The translations under genes and the position numbers were made by a program. Below are positions 1 to 12,904 of a stretch of DNA of 64,000 bases, piece after piece (positions within the stretch are counted from its first letter, which is position 1; the number at the start of each line of letters is the position of its first letter). Under the pieces are notes generated by a model. That model was given only the letters and a program-made list of their open reading frames with translations. It did not search any database and was not told where the DNA came from. The stretch comes from Mobula hypostoma (Eukaryota), in NCBI RefSeq assembly GCF_963921235.1, contig NC_086101.1, forward strand, positions 8,434,001 to 8,498,000, given 5' to 3'.

Positions 1-103
1 TTTTTCCGTTAGTCCTGATGAAGGGTCTCGACCGGAAACATTGACTGTACCTCTTCCTATAGATGCTGCCTGGCCTGCTGCATTCCACCAGCATTTTGTG
101 TGT

Positions 104-1670
104 GTCACTCTCTTGGGATGAATTTCCAACCTGATTTTCCCAATCAACCTCATGTTAAAATCTCTCATGACTATCATAATATTGCCCTTTTGACATGCCT
201 TTCCTATTTCCTATTGTAGTGTGTAGTCCATGTCCCAGCTACTGTTGGGATGCCTGTATATAACTGCCATCAAAGTCCTTTTATACTTGCAAAAGGACTT
301 TTTATACTTCTAAAAGGACTTTAGTCCTCTTAACTCAACCCAGAAGGATTGAACATCTTCCAATCCTATGTCACATCTTTCTACTGCTTTGATGCCCATT
401 CTTTATGAGCAGAGCCACGCCACCCCCTATGCCTACCTTCCTTTCCTCCCAATGCAACATGTAACCTTGGAGATTTAGCTCCCAACTACAACTATCCTTC
501 AGTCACGATTCAGTGATGGCCACAACATTATACCTGACAATATGTAATAATACAAGATCATCCACCTTATTTCTTCTACTTTGTGCTTTGACATATAACA
601 CATTGACTGCTGCATTTGCTACACTTTTGAATCTGCATCCCTAATACACTGATACTCACTCTGCTGGCTGCAATTTTGTCCTATCATCTGCCTGCCCTTC
701 CTGACAGCCTGCACGCTATCTTTGCTTTTTTTGCCATCCATCCTATCCTGAGTCCCTTCACTCCGGTTCCAACCCCCCTGCCAAATTGTTTAAACCCTCC
801 CCAATAGCTCTAACAAACCTGCCCATGAGCATATTGGTCCCCCTCGGGTTCAGGTACAACCCGACACTTTTGAACAGATCAAACCTCCCCCAGAAGAGAT
901 CCCAATGATCCAGGAATCTGAAGCCCTGCCCCTGCATAGCTTGTCAGCCATGCATTACTTTGCCAAATCATCCTGTTTCTACCCTCACTGGCATGTGGCA
1001 CAGGCTGCAATGAAGAAATTCCCGCTTCTCAGCTTTCTACTTCGCTCTCTAAATTCTCTTTTCAGGACCTTATTGGTTTTGCTTCCTATGTTATTGGTAC
1101 CAATATGTACCAAGACATCTGGCTTTTTTCCCTCCCTCTCCAAAATATTGTGGACGTGACAATATTGGGAGGCAACATACCATCTGGGTGTCCCGTGCAT
1201 GTCCACAGAATCTCCTGCCTGTTCCTCTGGTTATTGAGTCCCCTGTCACTACCACTTCCCTCTTCCTTCCCTTTCCCTTCTGCACCACAGTCCAATGTTC
1301 GGTGCCAGTATACCGGTCTCCATGGCATTCCCTTGGAAAGTCATCCCCACAAAAGTATCCAAAACAGTTTACTTATTATTGAGCGGAATGGCCACAGGGA
1401 TGTTCTGTGGTAACTACCTACTCACATTCCCATTTCTCCCGACAGTCATCCAGCTGCTCACCTCCTGCAACTTCGGGGTGACAATTCCCTGTAACTCTGA
1501 TCAATTATCTCCTCACCCTCCTCTATGTTCTGAAGATCATCCAGCTGCTGTTCCAGATCGCTAACACAATCTACAAGGAGCTGCATCCGGATGCACTTCA
1601 CGCAGATATAGTTCCCTGGAAGACTCTTGGCATGAAGAACACACATCAGCCATTCACCACACGAGGGACA
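104..1670 (-). mobile_element. Decayed CR1 LINE 5' part (ORF1 zinc-finger/coiled-coil and SGNH esterase, start of ORF2 endonuclease)
   Basis: Frameshifted peptides NYICVKCIRMQLLVDCVSDLEQQLDDL, VVVTGDSITRG and VLVHIGTNNIG, typical of CR1 ORF1 with esterase. Confidence 0.85.
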
Positions 1671-2389
1671 GCAAGAGAAATCAAAAGGAGCCTTAACAGA
1701 ACCAAACAAGAGGAATTCTGCAGATGCTGGAAATTCAAGCAGAACCAACACCTCTTTTGAGCCGAAGCCTCCTTTGAGCCAAAGTCTGACATGCCTACTC
1801 TAACAATGACCGTTCCGGGTGGTGAGAGTGTGGAATGAGCTGCCTACAGAAGTGGTGGATGCGGGTTTGATTTCAACATTTAAGAGAAATTTGGGTAGGT
1901 ACATGGAGGGGAGGGTTATGGGGGCCTTTGGACCAGGTGCAGGTTAATAGTTTGGCTTGAGCCAGTGGGCCTGTTTCTGTGCTGTCGTACTCATGACTCT
2001 AGGGAGAGGGGGAGCTCTGTGTGTGTGTAGGAAGGAGAGGGAAAAGAGAGATGGGAAGAGGGAGAGTGTGAGAGAGAGAGTGATAATGAGGAACTGAGAA
2101 TGAACTGAGCGAGCTTCTCCAACTATGTCTCGTAAACCCAGGATTTCACAGATTCCAGCCAAACAGGTGCAGGGGGAGTGGAGATGTGGAAAAAAGACGT
2201 GAACTCAAGAGATTCTGCAGAGGCTGGAAATCCAGAACAACCTACACAAAATGCTGGAGGAACGCAGCAGGTCAGGCAGCATCTATGGAGAGGAATAAAT
2301 GGACGCCGTTCTGAACTGAGATGTTACCACCTGATGTGAAACTTGTTCCGCCTCCAAACTGGACACTCGGAAGCAAGAGGGCAGTTCGA

Positions 2390-3115
2390 GCAGTGGGAGG
2401 CGATGGTTAGAGGGCGAGGCAGTAGGTGGGCAGTGAGGAGGGAGGAGTGCAAAGGGGAGGGGATAAGACGGAGAAGACAAGGGTGAGAGGGAGGTGATGG
2501 AGAGGGGGAAGAGGTGGGGAGGGCAAGGGGCGGGGAGTGGAGAGAAGGGGAAGGGTTGGGGTGTGGAGGGTTACTGAGTGTTATGGGCATGGGAAGGGAG
2601 AGGAGGAGAGTGGGGAGGGTGGGGAGTGGGAGGGGTCTGGGGAGGGAATGAGAGGGAGGGGTTTGGGAAGGGAGCTGGAGGTGAGGGGAGGGAGGGAAGG
2701 GAGCAGTGAACGAGGGGATGGGAATGGGAAGGGAGAGGGAGGAGAGTGGGGAGGGTGGGGAGTGGGAGGGCTCTGGGGAGGGAGTGGGGAGGGAATGGGA
2801 CGGAGGGGTTTGGGAAGGGAGCCGGAGGTGAGGGGAGGGATGGAAGGGAGCAGTGAGCGAGGGGAGGGGAATGGGAAGGGAGAGGGAGAAGAGTGGGGAG
2901 GGTGGGGAGTGGGAGGGGTCTGGGGAGGGAGTGGGAGGGGTCTGGGGGGCGAGGTTTGGGAAGGGAGAGGGAGGTGAGGGGAGGGAGGGGAGGGGAGCGG
3001 GGAGAGAGGGGGATGGGAGTGGGGAGTGTGGGGATGAGGGGAATGTGGAGAGAGGGGGAGTGCGGAGATAGAGGGAGGGGAATGGGGAGGGAGGGTGAGG
3101 TGTGAGGGGAAGGCA
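2390..3115 (+). repeat. G/A-rich low-complexity tract with ~135-150-bp internal duplications
   Basis: gggaagggaga...agagtggggagggtggggagtgggaggg recurs at ~2590, 2725 and 2874. Confidence 0.9.
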
Positions 3116-3995
3116 GCCGGCAGCCGGAGGAGAGACGGGTGCTGGTTTTGTTACAGAATGGAAGTTCATCTGTAATTTCTTGCTTGCTGAGCGCAGAACC
3201 CAAGTCTTTACTTTGAATCAGCGCTAGGGCTGTGGGCAGTGTTGTCTGTTACCTTCACCCACCACTGTCTGGCTAACCCAGGGTAAGGCAGGGGGAAGAA
3301 GGGGGAAAGCGATGAAGACAGGTCCGTTAGGGGCTTTACAAGTCATGTGTTCGGTATTTTTAAAATTTGTTTACACGCTTTGTCTTCTTCTGCACTTTGT
3401 TTGCTTGTCAGTCTTTGTTTACGCATAAATTCTACTGAATTTCTTTATTTTCCTGGAACTGTAGGGAATTGAATCTCAGCACAGTAAATCGTAACACCAA
3501 TAATGACTTTCATTAACTTATCGCCCTCCCCCTGAATGAGCCCCAACGATCCACCGTTCACAACCCCGCGGAGAGGCAAACACAATTACAGAAGTGTGTG
3601 AGTGTGTGGGAGGGGGCGGTGGGAGCGCGGGATTTGGGGGCAAGTGAATGCTGCTTGTGCAAAGGGAGAGGGCAGGGGAGGGTTTTGTCGTTTCAATGGG
3701 TTTCTACCGTCCTATGGGCTTTCTCTGTTTCATGGATGTCTGTGAAAAGGTCAAATTTCAGGTTGTGCACTACTTAGATATTCCGATATTTAATGTTTAA
3801 TATTTATTCCGATACTTTGAAACCTCTTGAGCAGGGAAGTTTCCATACAGTATATTTTCAGGTGATTGCCCCCTGATTTTCATCATATTCCATTTAGGTG
3901 GCCATCAACCTAATGGGACCAATTTCCCCTTTCCTTCCCCTCCCCTCTCCTTCAGTTCCCCGCTCTGGCCTCTTACCTCTTCTCTCCACCTGCCT

Positions 3996-5426
3996 AAACC
4001 GGGGAATTATAGGCCGGTTAGCCTAACGTCGGTGGTGGGGAAACTGCTGGAGTCAGTTATCAAGGATGTGATAACAGCACATTTGGAAAGCGGTGAAATG
4101 ATCGGACAAAGTCAGCATGGATTTGTGAAAGGAAAATCATGTCTGACGAATCTCATAGAATTTTTTGAGGATGTAACTAGTAGAGTGGATAGGGGAGAAC
4201 CAGTGGATGTGGTATATTTGGATTTTCAAAAGGCTTTTGACAAGGTCCCACATAGGAGATTAGTGTGCAAACTTAAAGCACACGGTATTGGGGGTAAGGT
4301 ATTGGTGTGGGTGGAGAATTGGTTAGCAGACAGGAAGCAAAGAGTGGGAATAAACGGGACCTTTTCAGAATGGCAGGCGGTGACTAGTGGGGTACCGCAA
4401 GGCTCAGTGCTGGGACCCCAGTTGTTTACAATATATATTAATGACCTGGAAGAGGGAATTAAATGCAGCATCTCCAAGTTTGCGGATGACACGAAGCTGG
4501 GTGGCAGTGTTAGCAGTGAGGAGGATGCTAAGAGGATGCAGGGTGACTTGGATAGGTTGGGTGAGTGGGCAAACTCATGGCAGATGCAATTTAATGTGGA
4601 TAAATGTGAAGTTATCCACTTTGGTGGCAAAAATAGGAAAACAGATTATTATCTGAATGGTGGCCGATTAGGAAAAGGGGAGGTGCAACGAGACCTGGGT
4701 GTCATTATACACCAGTCATTGAAAGTGGGCATGCAGGTACAGCAGGCGGTGAAAAAGGCGAACGGTATGCTGGCATTTATAGCGAGAGGATTCGAGTACA
4801 GGAGCAGGGAGGTACTACTGCAGTTGTACAAGGCCTTGGTGAGACCACACCTGGAGTATTGTGTGCAGTTTTGGTCCCCTAATCTGAGGAAAGACATCTT
4901 TGCCATAGAGGGAGTACAAAGAAGGTTCACCAGATTGATTCCTGGGATGGCAGGTCTTTCATATGAAGAAAGACTGGATGAACTGGGCTTGTACTCGTTG
5001 GAATTTAGAAGATTGAGGGGGGATCTGATTGAAACGTATAAGATCCTAAAGGGATTGGACAGGCTAGATGCAGGAAGATTGTTCCCGATGTTGGGGAGGT
5101 CTAGAACGAGGGGTCACAGTTTGAGGATAGAGGGGAAGCCTTTTAGGACCGAGGTTAGGAAAAACTTCTTCACACAGAGAGTGGTGAATCTGTGGAATTC
5201 TCTGCCACAGCAAACTGTTGAGGCCAATTCATTAGCTATGTTTAAAAGGAAGTTAGATATGGCCCTTGTGGCTACAGGGGTCAGGGGGTATGGAGGGAAG
5301 GCTGGGTTCTGAGTTGGATGATCAGCCATGATCATAATAAATGGCGGTGCAGGCTCGAAGGGCCGAATGGCCTACTCCTGCACCTATTTTCTATGTTTCT
5401 ATGTTTCTATGTTTCTATGTTTCTAT
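3996..5426 (+). mobile_element. Young 5'-truncated CR1 LINE (RT and C-terminus intact, 426-aa ORF), copy 1
   Basis: RT motifs YLDFQKAFD, GVPQGSVLGP, KFADDTKL; (TTTCTATG)n tail. Splits an older repeat at tgccta|tcacctcccc. Confidence 0.97.
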
Positions 5427-5699
5427 CACCTCCCCCCGGTGACCCTCCTTCCCTTTCTGCCGTGGTCCACTTTTCGCTCCCTCGCCAGCCAGCTCTTTGT
5501 CTTTTCCAGCTATCGCTTCCCAGTTGCATTGACCCCCCCCCCACCCATCTAGTGCGGGTCCTTCACCCCGAGCCCCCGCCGACCTTCTTATTCTGACATC
5601 TCCCCACTCCTTTACAATCCTGAAGGTCGGAAAGATGCTGCCTGACCTTCTGAGTTCCTCCAGCATTTTGTGTGTGTTGCACCCCCTGGTGTTGTCCCC

Positions 5700-5906
5700 T
5701 CATCTGACGGTCCCGCCCGGGGGGGGGGGGGCGGGAGATCCCCTGCTTGTTTGCAAATTGAAAGTAACGACCTCTGTGAGACGGAGCCTGTGGGCGGACC
5801 CGAAGGCAGCGCACGGGACCTCACGCAGAAAGCTCAAAAACAGGAGGCACCGTGCTGTGAGCCGCCACTGCGAGACTGGGCAGGGGCGAGTCCGGGACCA
5901 GGGAGA
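5700..5906 (+). promoter_or_regulatory. Candidate proximal promoter/5' UTR of the LTB-like gene
   Basis: CpG-rich. GC box GGGGCGGG (~5728-5735) overlaps a kB-consensus GGGAGATCCC (5733-5742). Octamer-like TTGCAAAT and IRF-like AATTGAAAGT at ~5751-5765. About 170 nt upstream of the ATG. Confidence 0.5.
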
Positions 5907-6059
5907 ATGGGGCGCACGGAGAAGGCTGCGGAGGGGGATGCCGTTGGCTTAGGGTCGGTGTTCCTCACGGTGCTGCTGACACTGGCGTTCTCCGTACCAA
6001 CCACCACGCTGCTGGTTGTGTACTTCAAGTGTGGCAATCAGCTGGCACTGAACCACCAG
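5907..6059 (+). CDS. LTB: Lymphotoxin-beta-like TNF-superfamily gene, coding exon 1 (cytoplasmic tail and transmembrane helix)
   Basis: ATG in strong Kozak context (agaATGG). Encodes MGRTEKAAEGDAVGLGSVFLTVLLTLAFSVPTTTLLVVYFKCGNQLALNHQ, a type II signal-anchor resembling mammalian LTB (LLLAVPITVLAVL). Ends at consensus donor CAG|GTGAGT, phase 0. Confidence 0.85.
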
Positions 6060-8651
6060 GTGAGTTGCACGGAGCAGAGTGACAGAGAAATAGACCGTGA
6101 GAAGGGAAGAGAGGGCGAGGGTAAGGGAGACGGAGAAAGAGAGTCTGGGAGAGTGGGAGAGAGAGATAAAGGGAGAAGGGGGAGCAGGGAGGGACGGGGG
6201 GTCAGGATCAGGAAAAGTTAGGGAACAAGAGCAGAGAAAGCGGTAGGGAGAGGAAGAAAATAGTGACATACACTCAAAGAGATGGGGAGAAGGAGAGAGA
6301 CGGCGGGGGGGGGGGGAAGAGAGACAGACAGAGAAAGAAAGAGGGGAGAGAGAGAGAGAGAGAGAGAGAGATCTTCCGCTCGCCGGTGTACAGGTTTTGT
6401 AGGTATCTCAGTTAAGAAATCAGATCTAACCCAGAGTCAGATGCGATTCTGGCTGCTTTCTGGGACGGGAGGGTTGTCCTGTTATGAATGGGAAATATCC
6501 GGATGGATATTCTTTAATGCTGAACACAATGATATGCAATCTTGTGGAAACGTATCGGATTCTGGGAGAGGGTGACCGTAGACACGGAAATAGAGACATA
6601 AGAGACCCCGGACGCCGCAATCCAGAGCACTCAGTGGGCCGAGAGCCATTGCGGGAGGAGCCTCTCCCTTCCACAGGCGCTGCTCTGTTAGATAGAGAGA
6701 TGTTTCCACTATCGGAGGAGTTCTGAACAAAAGAGGTAGGTTTACAAGCGCAGTATATGCAGGAATTGGAAACAGGTTTTATTTTAAATCACCAACATGT
6801 TCTGAAATCTGTTGCCTTGTGGCAGCGGTACGGTGTAACAAACATATCGCTAAGTTACAATAAGTACAATAAAAATAAATGAGTTGTGCAAAGCAAGACA
6901 AAGTACTGAGGTGGTGTTCATGGGTTCATTGACCGTTCAGAGATCTGATGTCCCCAAAGTGTTGAGCATATGTACGCAAACTCCTACACCTCCTCCCTGA
7001 TGGCATGAATGAGAAATGGGCATGTCCTGGTTTGCGAGGTTCCTTCTCCAGGCATCACCTTTTGAGGTGGTGGGGAGGCTAGTAGGGATTTCTTCCCTGG
7101 GATTCTCCGCCCGATATGTCGGACTATGGGAGGGTATAAAAATGATGCAGGTTCAAGCTTCTCATCTTTTTTATGCCTCGGACCACTACCATTACCAGAG
7201 GATCTGCGGACCCCAGATTGGAAACCTTTGAGAACCCCACAGATGTGGAAGGTGATGGAAAAGTGGAACAGAGGAGAACTGGGTCCAGGGGCAGATCAGT
7301 CTTGTTTTAAGGTGTAGTTTCATTTGTCACTTGTACATCGAGCCATCAAAAATAAAGCAGAGCAAAATATCATTGTCAATAAGACAGTCCGAGGATGTGC
7401 TGGGTCAACCGCAAGGGTCGCAATGTTTCCGCTGCCCACAACTCACTAACCCTAACCCGTACGTCCTTGGAATGTGGGAGGAAACCGGAGCACCGGGAGG
7501 AAATCCACACGGTCATGGGGAAAGCGTACAAATCCCTCAGGGACAGCGGAGGGAGTTGACCCCCTTTAAAGTGTTAAGCTAATCACTTCGCTACCGTGCC
7601 ACCACAGCGTGGGTGGTGAGCAGTCACTGCGATGGGTCTGTGGCTGAAATGACAAATGTCCGTGATCGGTTCACGGCCAACATACCTCTCTCAGTGGGAA
7701 CCCTCTCTCGTTAGGATGGGTCGCAGGGAGTGCAAATCCCCCCAGTGAGGAGCAATCTCGGAGCTCCTTGGCCGCAACGCCCCACGCCTGCGTGTTAGTG
7801 GGATCTTGCTGTGTGAGTACCAGCCGTTTCCTACATTGAAAGACTGACCGTGCCTCAAATCCTGATTTTGCAAGAGAAGCCTTCTTGACATGCCCTGGGG
7901 CTATACAATGAAACTCGCTTACCAAGAGAGCTTCAGCGGGGTCGGGGTGGGGGAGGTGGGTTTGGTTGGTGGGGTGGTGGAGTTTCCCCATCAGGAATAT
8001 CCGATGTCCATTTCCTAGACCATCTCATATCCTGTTCCTGCTCGGTCGGGATAATCCCAGAGGGAAGTTCAGTATCATTGCCTGCCCGGAGGTTCCCAGA
8101 ATCAGTCTTGTGCGTGTCAGCGAGATCGAGAAAGGGCAGGTTCTGCAGGGTTTACGTTCACCAAATCACACTACTTCTCTGAAGGGAGAGGCAGAGACCG
8201 CGTTTCCAATCCGACACTCTTCTGCAGAATTGATGAGGCCAAGGTTACTCCGGGACAAGGTTACACATCTGTCGATGTGTACGGGGCACAGTTCAGGGGA
8301 GAGAGCGTAATTCTTTATTCAGAAGCGCGATGAGATGAACACAAAAAAAATGGTTTCGAAGAATAACGAACAGCTCGCAATCTCGCACTGCCACCTATGG
8401 ACCATTGCTCAGGTAAAGCAGGAAGCATGGCTCATCGTCCTCATCACAATAAAAGGATGTCCCCTTAGAACAGAGACCTTCTATAGCCAGACGGTGGTGA
8501 ATCTGTGGAATTCATTGCCATAGATGACTGAAGAGGCCAAGTCATTGGGTATAGTTAAAGTGGAGGGTGAGAGGTCTTTGATTAGGAACGGCGTCAAAGC
8601 TTACGCGGTTTGGGAAGACATAATGATGTCAGAGGGGACTCGGCGGCCAAA

Positions 8652-9586
8652 TAGTCATAGTCATGGTCATACTTCGTTGATCCCGGGGGAAATTGGTTTT
8701 TGTTGTAGTTGCACCATAAATAATAAATAGTAATAAAACCATAAATAGTTAAATAGTAATATATAAATTACGGCCCGGAAATAAGTCCAGGACCAGCCTA
8801 TTGGCTCAGGGTGTCTGACCCACCAAGGGGGGAGTTGTAAAGTTTGATGGCCACAGGCAGGAATGACTTCCTATGACACTCTGTGTTGCATCTCGGTGGA
8901 ATGAGTCTCTGGCTGAATGTACTCCTGTGCCCAACCAGTACATTATGTAGTGGATGGGAGACATTGTCCAAGATGGCATGCAACTTGGACAGCATCCTCT
9001 TTTCAGACACCACCGTCAGAGAGTCCAGTTCCATCCCTACAACATCACTGGCCTTACGAATGTGTTTGTTGATTCTGTTGGTGTCTGCAACCCTCAGCCT
9101 GCTGCCCCAGCACACAACAGCAAACATGATAGCACTGGCCACCACAGACTCATAGAACATCCTCAGCATCGTTCGGCAGATATTAAAGGACCTCACTGTC
9201 CTCAGGAAATAGAGACGGCACTGACCCTTCTTGTAGACAGCCTCAGTGTTCTTTGACCAGTCCAGTTTATCGTCAATTCATATCCCCAGGTATTTGTCAT
9301 CATCCTCCATGGCCACACTGACCCCCTGGATGGAAACGGGTCACCGGTACCTTAGCTCTCCTCAGGTCTACCACCAGCTCCTTAGTCTTTCTCACATTAA
9401 GCTGCAGATAATTCTGCTCACGCCATGTGACGAAGTTTCCTACCGTAGACCTGTACTCAACCTCATCTCCCTTGCTGATGCATCCAACTATGGCAGAGTC
9501 ATCAGAAAACTTCTGAAGATGACAGGACTCTGTGCAGTAATTGAAGTCCGAGGTGTAAATGGTGAAAAGAAAGGGAGACAAGACAA
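8652..9586 (-). mobile_element. Rex1/Babar-clade LINE 3' fragment
   Basis: LSPFLFTIYTSD, KFSDDSAIVG, LQLNVRKTKELVVD, FYESVVAS, SHPLH, KSFLPVAIKLYN; (ATGACT)n tail; frameshifted. Confidence 0.9.
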
Positions 9587-11422
9587 ATAGCCTATTTCTC
9601 ACAGATGCCCCACTTTCCTGCTGCATCCCAAGGCAGAGAAAGAGAGATTAGCTGTACAGAATTTGTCGCATGTTCATTGAAATACAATGAAATACGTCAT
9701 TTCGTCAGAATCAGAATCAGGTTTAGTATCACCGGCATATGTTGTGAAATGTGTTATTTTGTGGCAGCAGTACATTGCAATGTATAATAAAAAACAACCA
9801 AAACCTACAATAAGAAGTATTTATTTAAAAAATAAGTAGTGCAAAAGAAAGGGGGAAATACTGAGGAAGTGTCCATGGGTTCGTTGTCCATTCAGAAATC
9901 AGATGACAGAGGGGAAGACGCTGCTTCTGAAATGTTGAGTGTGTTTCTTCAAGCTCCAGTACTCCTTCCTTGATTGGAGTGATGAGAAGAAGCCATTACC
10001 TGGGTGATAGGCATCCTTAATTAAGGGTGCCTGCCTTTTGAAGGTGTTCGGGAGGCTGGTGCCCGTGATGGTGCTGGGTGAGTTTACAACTCTGCAACTG
10101 TTTCCAAATCTGTGCAGTGGCCCCTCCATACCACACCATGATAAAAGCAGGTAGAATCCTCTCTCTTCTTACAAGCACCTTAAAACCATATCCCCTCATG
10201 TTAGCCATTTCAGCCCTGGGGAAAAAGCCTCTGGCTATCCACACGGTCAATACCTCTCATCATCTTATACACCTCCATCAGGTCACCTCTCATCCTCCGT
10301 CACTCCAAGGAGAAAAGGCACAAGTTCACTCAACCTGTCCTCATAAGGCATGCTCCCCAATCCAGGCGACATCCTTGTAAATCTCCTCTGCACTCTCTAG
10401 GTCTCAGTTGTGCCTCAGTCTTTCAGTCCCAAGTGACACTCAGTCAGTTAATGCAGCCATGACGAGTACTTAAACACCTTGTGACCCGTGTCAGTCTTCA
10501 GGAACTGATTAAGGCAGAAAGCCAGGGAATGCTGCAAATGCTCAGCAGGGCATGTAGCATCGGTGAGGGAGAGGCAGTCAACAGCCTTTCATTGGAGGGG
10601 AGAAGATGGGGTTTTGGAGCTGGGGAGATGGTTGTGAAAGGGTACAGAGAAAGAAGGGAAGAACAATGAGTCAGTGTTGGCTGAGGGAGAGGGTGAGAAA
10701 GGCTTGCCAGTAGCAAGGACCAGTTAGCTGCCTGGAGGACTGGTCTGATGAACAACCTGTCTAATAGTCTTGAGGACCAGCCTGAGGGTCAGTCAGGAGT
10801 GGTAGCAATGTCCCACTGCTTCTCTTCAGGGGTTCCAATGCTAAGGGTGGGTTGAAGCTGCATTTTGAATTTTGTGTTCAGTTGTGGTCGCTCATCTACA
10901 GGAAAGGCACCATTAAGTTGGAAAGTGATTTATGTTAAAGTTGTCAGGTCTTGAGGGCTGAGTTATAGACTGTTTTGTTTCATTTGATTGTAGGAGACTG
11001 CGTGCTGACCTTATTGAGATGTAAAGACCACAGAAACAGGCCCTTCAGCCCATCTAGTATTCTGCCTAGTCCCATCACCATTCACCTGAACCATAGCCCT
11101 CCATACCCTTTCCATCGCCCCCATGCATGTACAAACCTCTCAAATGTTGCAATCAAACCTGTATCCACCACTTCTACTGGCAGCTCGTTCCACACCCTCA
11201 CCACCCCCTGAGTGAAGAAATTCGCTCTCAGGTTCTCCTCAACTATTTCACCTTTCATCCTTAACCTGTGACTTCCAGTTCTAGTCTCAACCAGCCTCAG
11301 TGCAAAAAACCTGCTGGCATTTACCCTATCTATGCCCCTCATAATTTTACATACCTCTCAATCTTCTACGCTCCAGAGGCATATCATGAGGGGCATAGAT
11401 AAGGTGAATGTGCACAATCTTT

Positions 11423-12055
11423 TAGATTGGATTATGAGGACACTCAATCCTCGTTTATTGTCATTTAGAAATGCATGCATTAAAAAATGATGCAATGTTC
11501 CTGCAGAATGATATCACAAAAAAACAGGACAGACCAAGACTAAAACTGACAAAACCACGTAATTATAACATAACATAATTATAACAACGATGCAAAGCAA
11601 TACCATAATTTGTTAAAGAGCAGACCATCGGCACGGTAAAAAAAAAAGTCTCAAAGTCCCCGATCGACTCATCATCTCACGCAGATGGTAGAAGGGAGAA
11701 ACTGTCCCTGCTATGAACCTCCAAGCGCCGAAAACTTGCCAATGCATTGGAAGCACCCGACCGCAGCCGACTCTGAGCCCATCCGAAAACTTCAAGCCAC
11801 TGACCAGCCCCTCCGATACAGCCTCTCTGAGCACCATCCTCCACCGAGTGCTTCGATCCCGCCCTGGCTGCCGAGCAACAAGCAAAGCCGAGGACTCAGG
11901 GCCTTCTCCTCCGGAGATTCTGGACCACACAGTAGCAGCAGCAGTGAAGCAGGCATTTCTGAAGTTTCTCCAGATGTTCCTCTGTGCTCTCAAGTCCGTC
12001 TCCATCAAATCAAGATTGTGCACGGCACCCTACTTGACAAATAACAGACATCATC
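11423..12055 (-). mobile_element. Unclassified non-autonomous retroelement (family X), copy 1, 5'-truncated
   Basis: Homologous to six other copies in the window; flanked by caatctttta/cactctttta (likely TSD). Confidence 0.85.
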
Positions 12056-12383
12056 TTTTGAGCCACTCTTTTACCCAGGACTGGGCAATCAAGGACTAGA
12101 GGACACAGGTTTAAGGTGTGTGTGGAGGAACTTAATAGGATCGAGAGGATGATCACTGTATCCATTGAGCTTCCAGAGGAAGAGGAAGTGGTTGAGGCAG
12201 GTACATTCGTAACATTTAAAAGGCACATACAGGCTCATGGTAGGAAAGGTTTCAAGTGGGCCAAATAGGATTAGCTTGGATGGGAACCTTGGTCAGTATG
12301 CACTGGATGGGTTGAAGGGCCTGTTTCTGAGCTGTATGACTTGCTGACTGTATGACTGGGTCCCATTGGTTCCATAGCCTCTG

Positions 12384-12429
<46 letters not shown>

Positions 12430-12776
12430 TGGCCATGCTGTGATGGCGGCGGTATGCGTGGTGACACCTTTGCAGGCTTTCCCCAGCACATAGTCCATCA
12501 AACAGTACAGTCTCTTCAGCCCATGATATTGTGCCGACCTTCTAACCTTCTCCAAGTTCAATCTAAGCTTTCCCTCCTACTTAGCCCTCCACTTTCCTTT
12601 CATCCATGTGCCATCCTGAGGTTGTGATCATTGTCGACACAAACGATGCATTTCACTGGATGTTTCGATGTGCATGAGATCAATAAATAACTGAATCTGA
12701 ATCGGGTTGCAACGTGTTCCTCGCTGTGGCACTGGTCCAAACAACTTCTAAATTCTCCCCTGTTTTTCCTCCACAG

Positions 12777-12813
12777 GGAACTGATAACTTCTCCACGTGG
12801 GCCGAGCCATCAG
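12777..12813 (+). CDS. LTB: LTB-like gene, coding exon 2 (37 nt, stalk)
   Basis: Acceptor tgtttttcctccacag|G, donor CAG|GTAGGT. Encodes GTDNFSTWAEPS(G). Phase 0->1 exactly bridges exon 1 and exon 3, as in the TNF/LTB gene structure. Confidence 0.75.
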
Positions 12814-12904
12814 GTAGGTGCGGCCTCCTCCAATGTGGACCCCCTCTAGAGGGTGGGGCGTTTCCTGGAAATTGGCTGAAGGACACGGGGGGGGGGGTGG
12901 TTTC

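Noticed and set aside
272..325. Small hairpin and local duplication (aaagtcctttt / aaaaggacttt)
   Set aside because: Short templated repair scar within a dead CR1; no evidence of function.
2324..3203. Pro/Ser-rich and Gly/Glu-rich ORFs
   Set aside because: Low-complexity purine tract lacking stops by composition.
3157..3282. Possible plus-strand exon (gttttgttacag| ... AGG|GTAAGG)
   Set aside because: Stops in all three frames and no partner exon identified; could be non-coding but cannot be supported.
4226..5335. Repeated antisense ORFs (MPPKWITSH..., MNLLCTP..., MIMADHP...), also at 24818-25927 and 32089-33219
   Set aside because: Shadows of the CR1 RT frame, repeated only because the element is repeated.
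5670..6221. 183-aa ORF as a single-exon gene
   Set aside because: Starts at a non-ATG codon in a repeat tail and runs past the donor at 6060 into a GA-rich intron; only 5907-6059 is coding.
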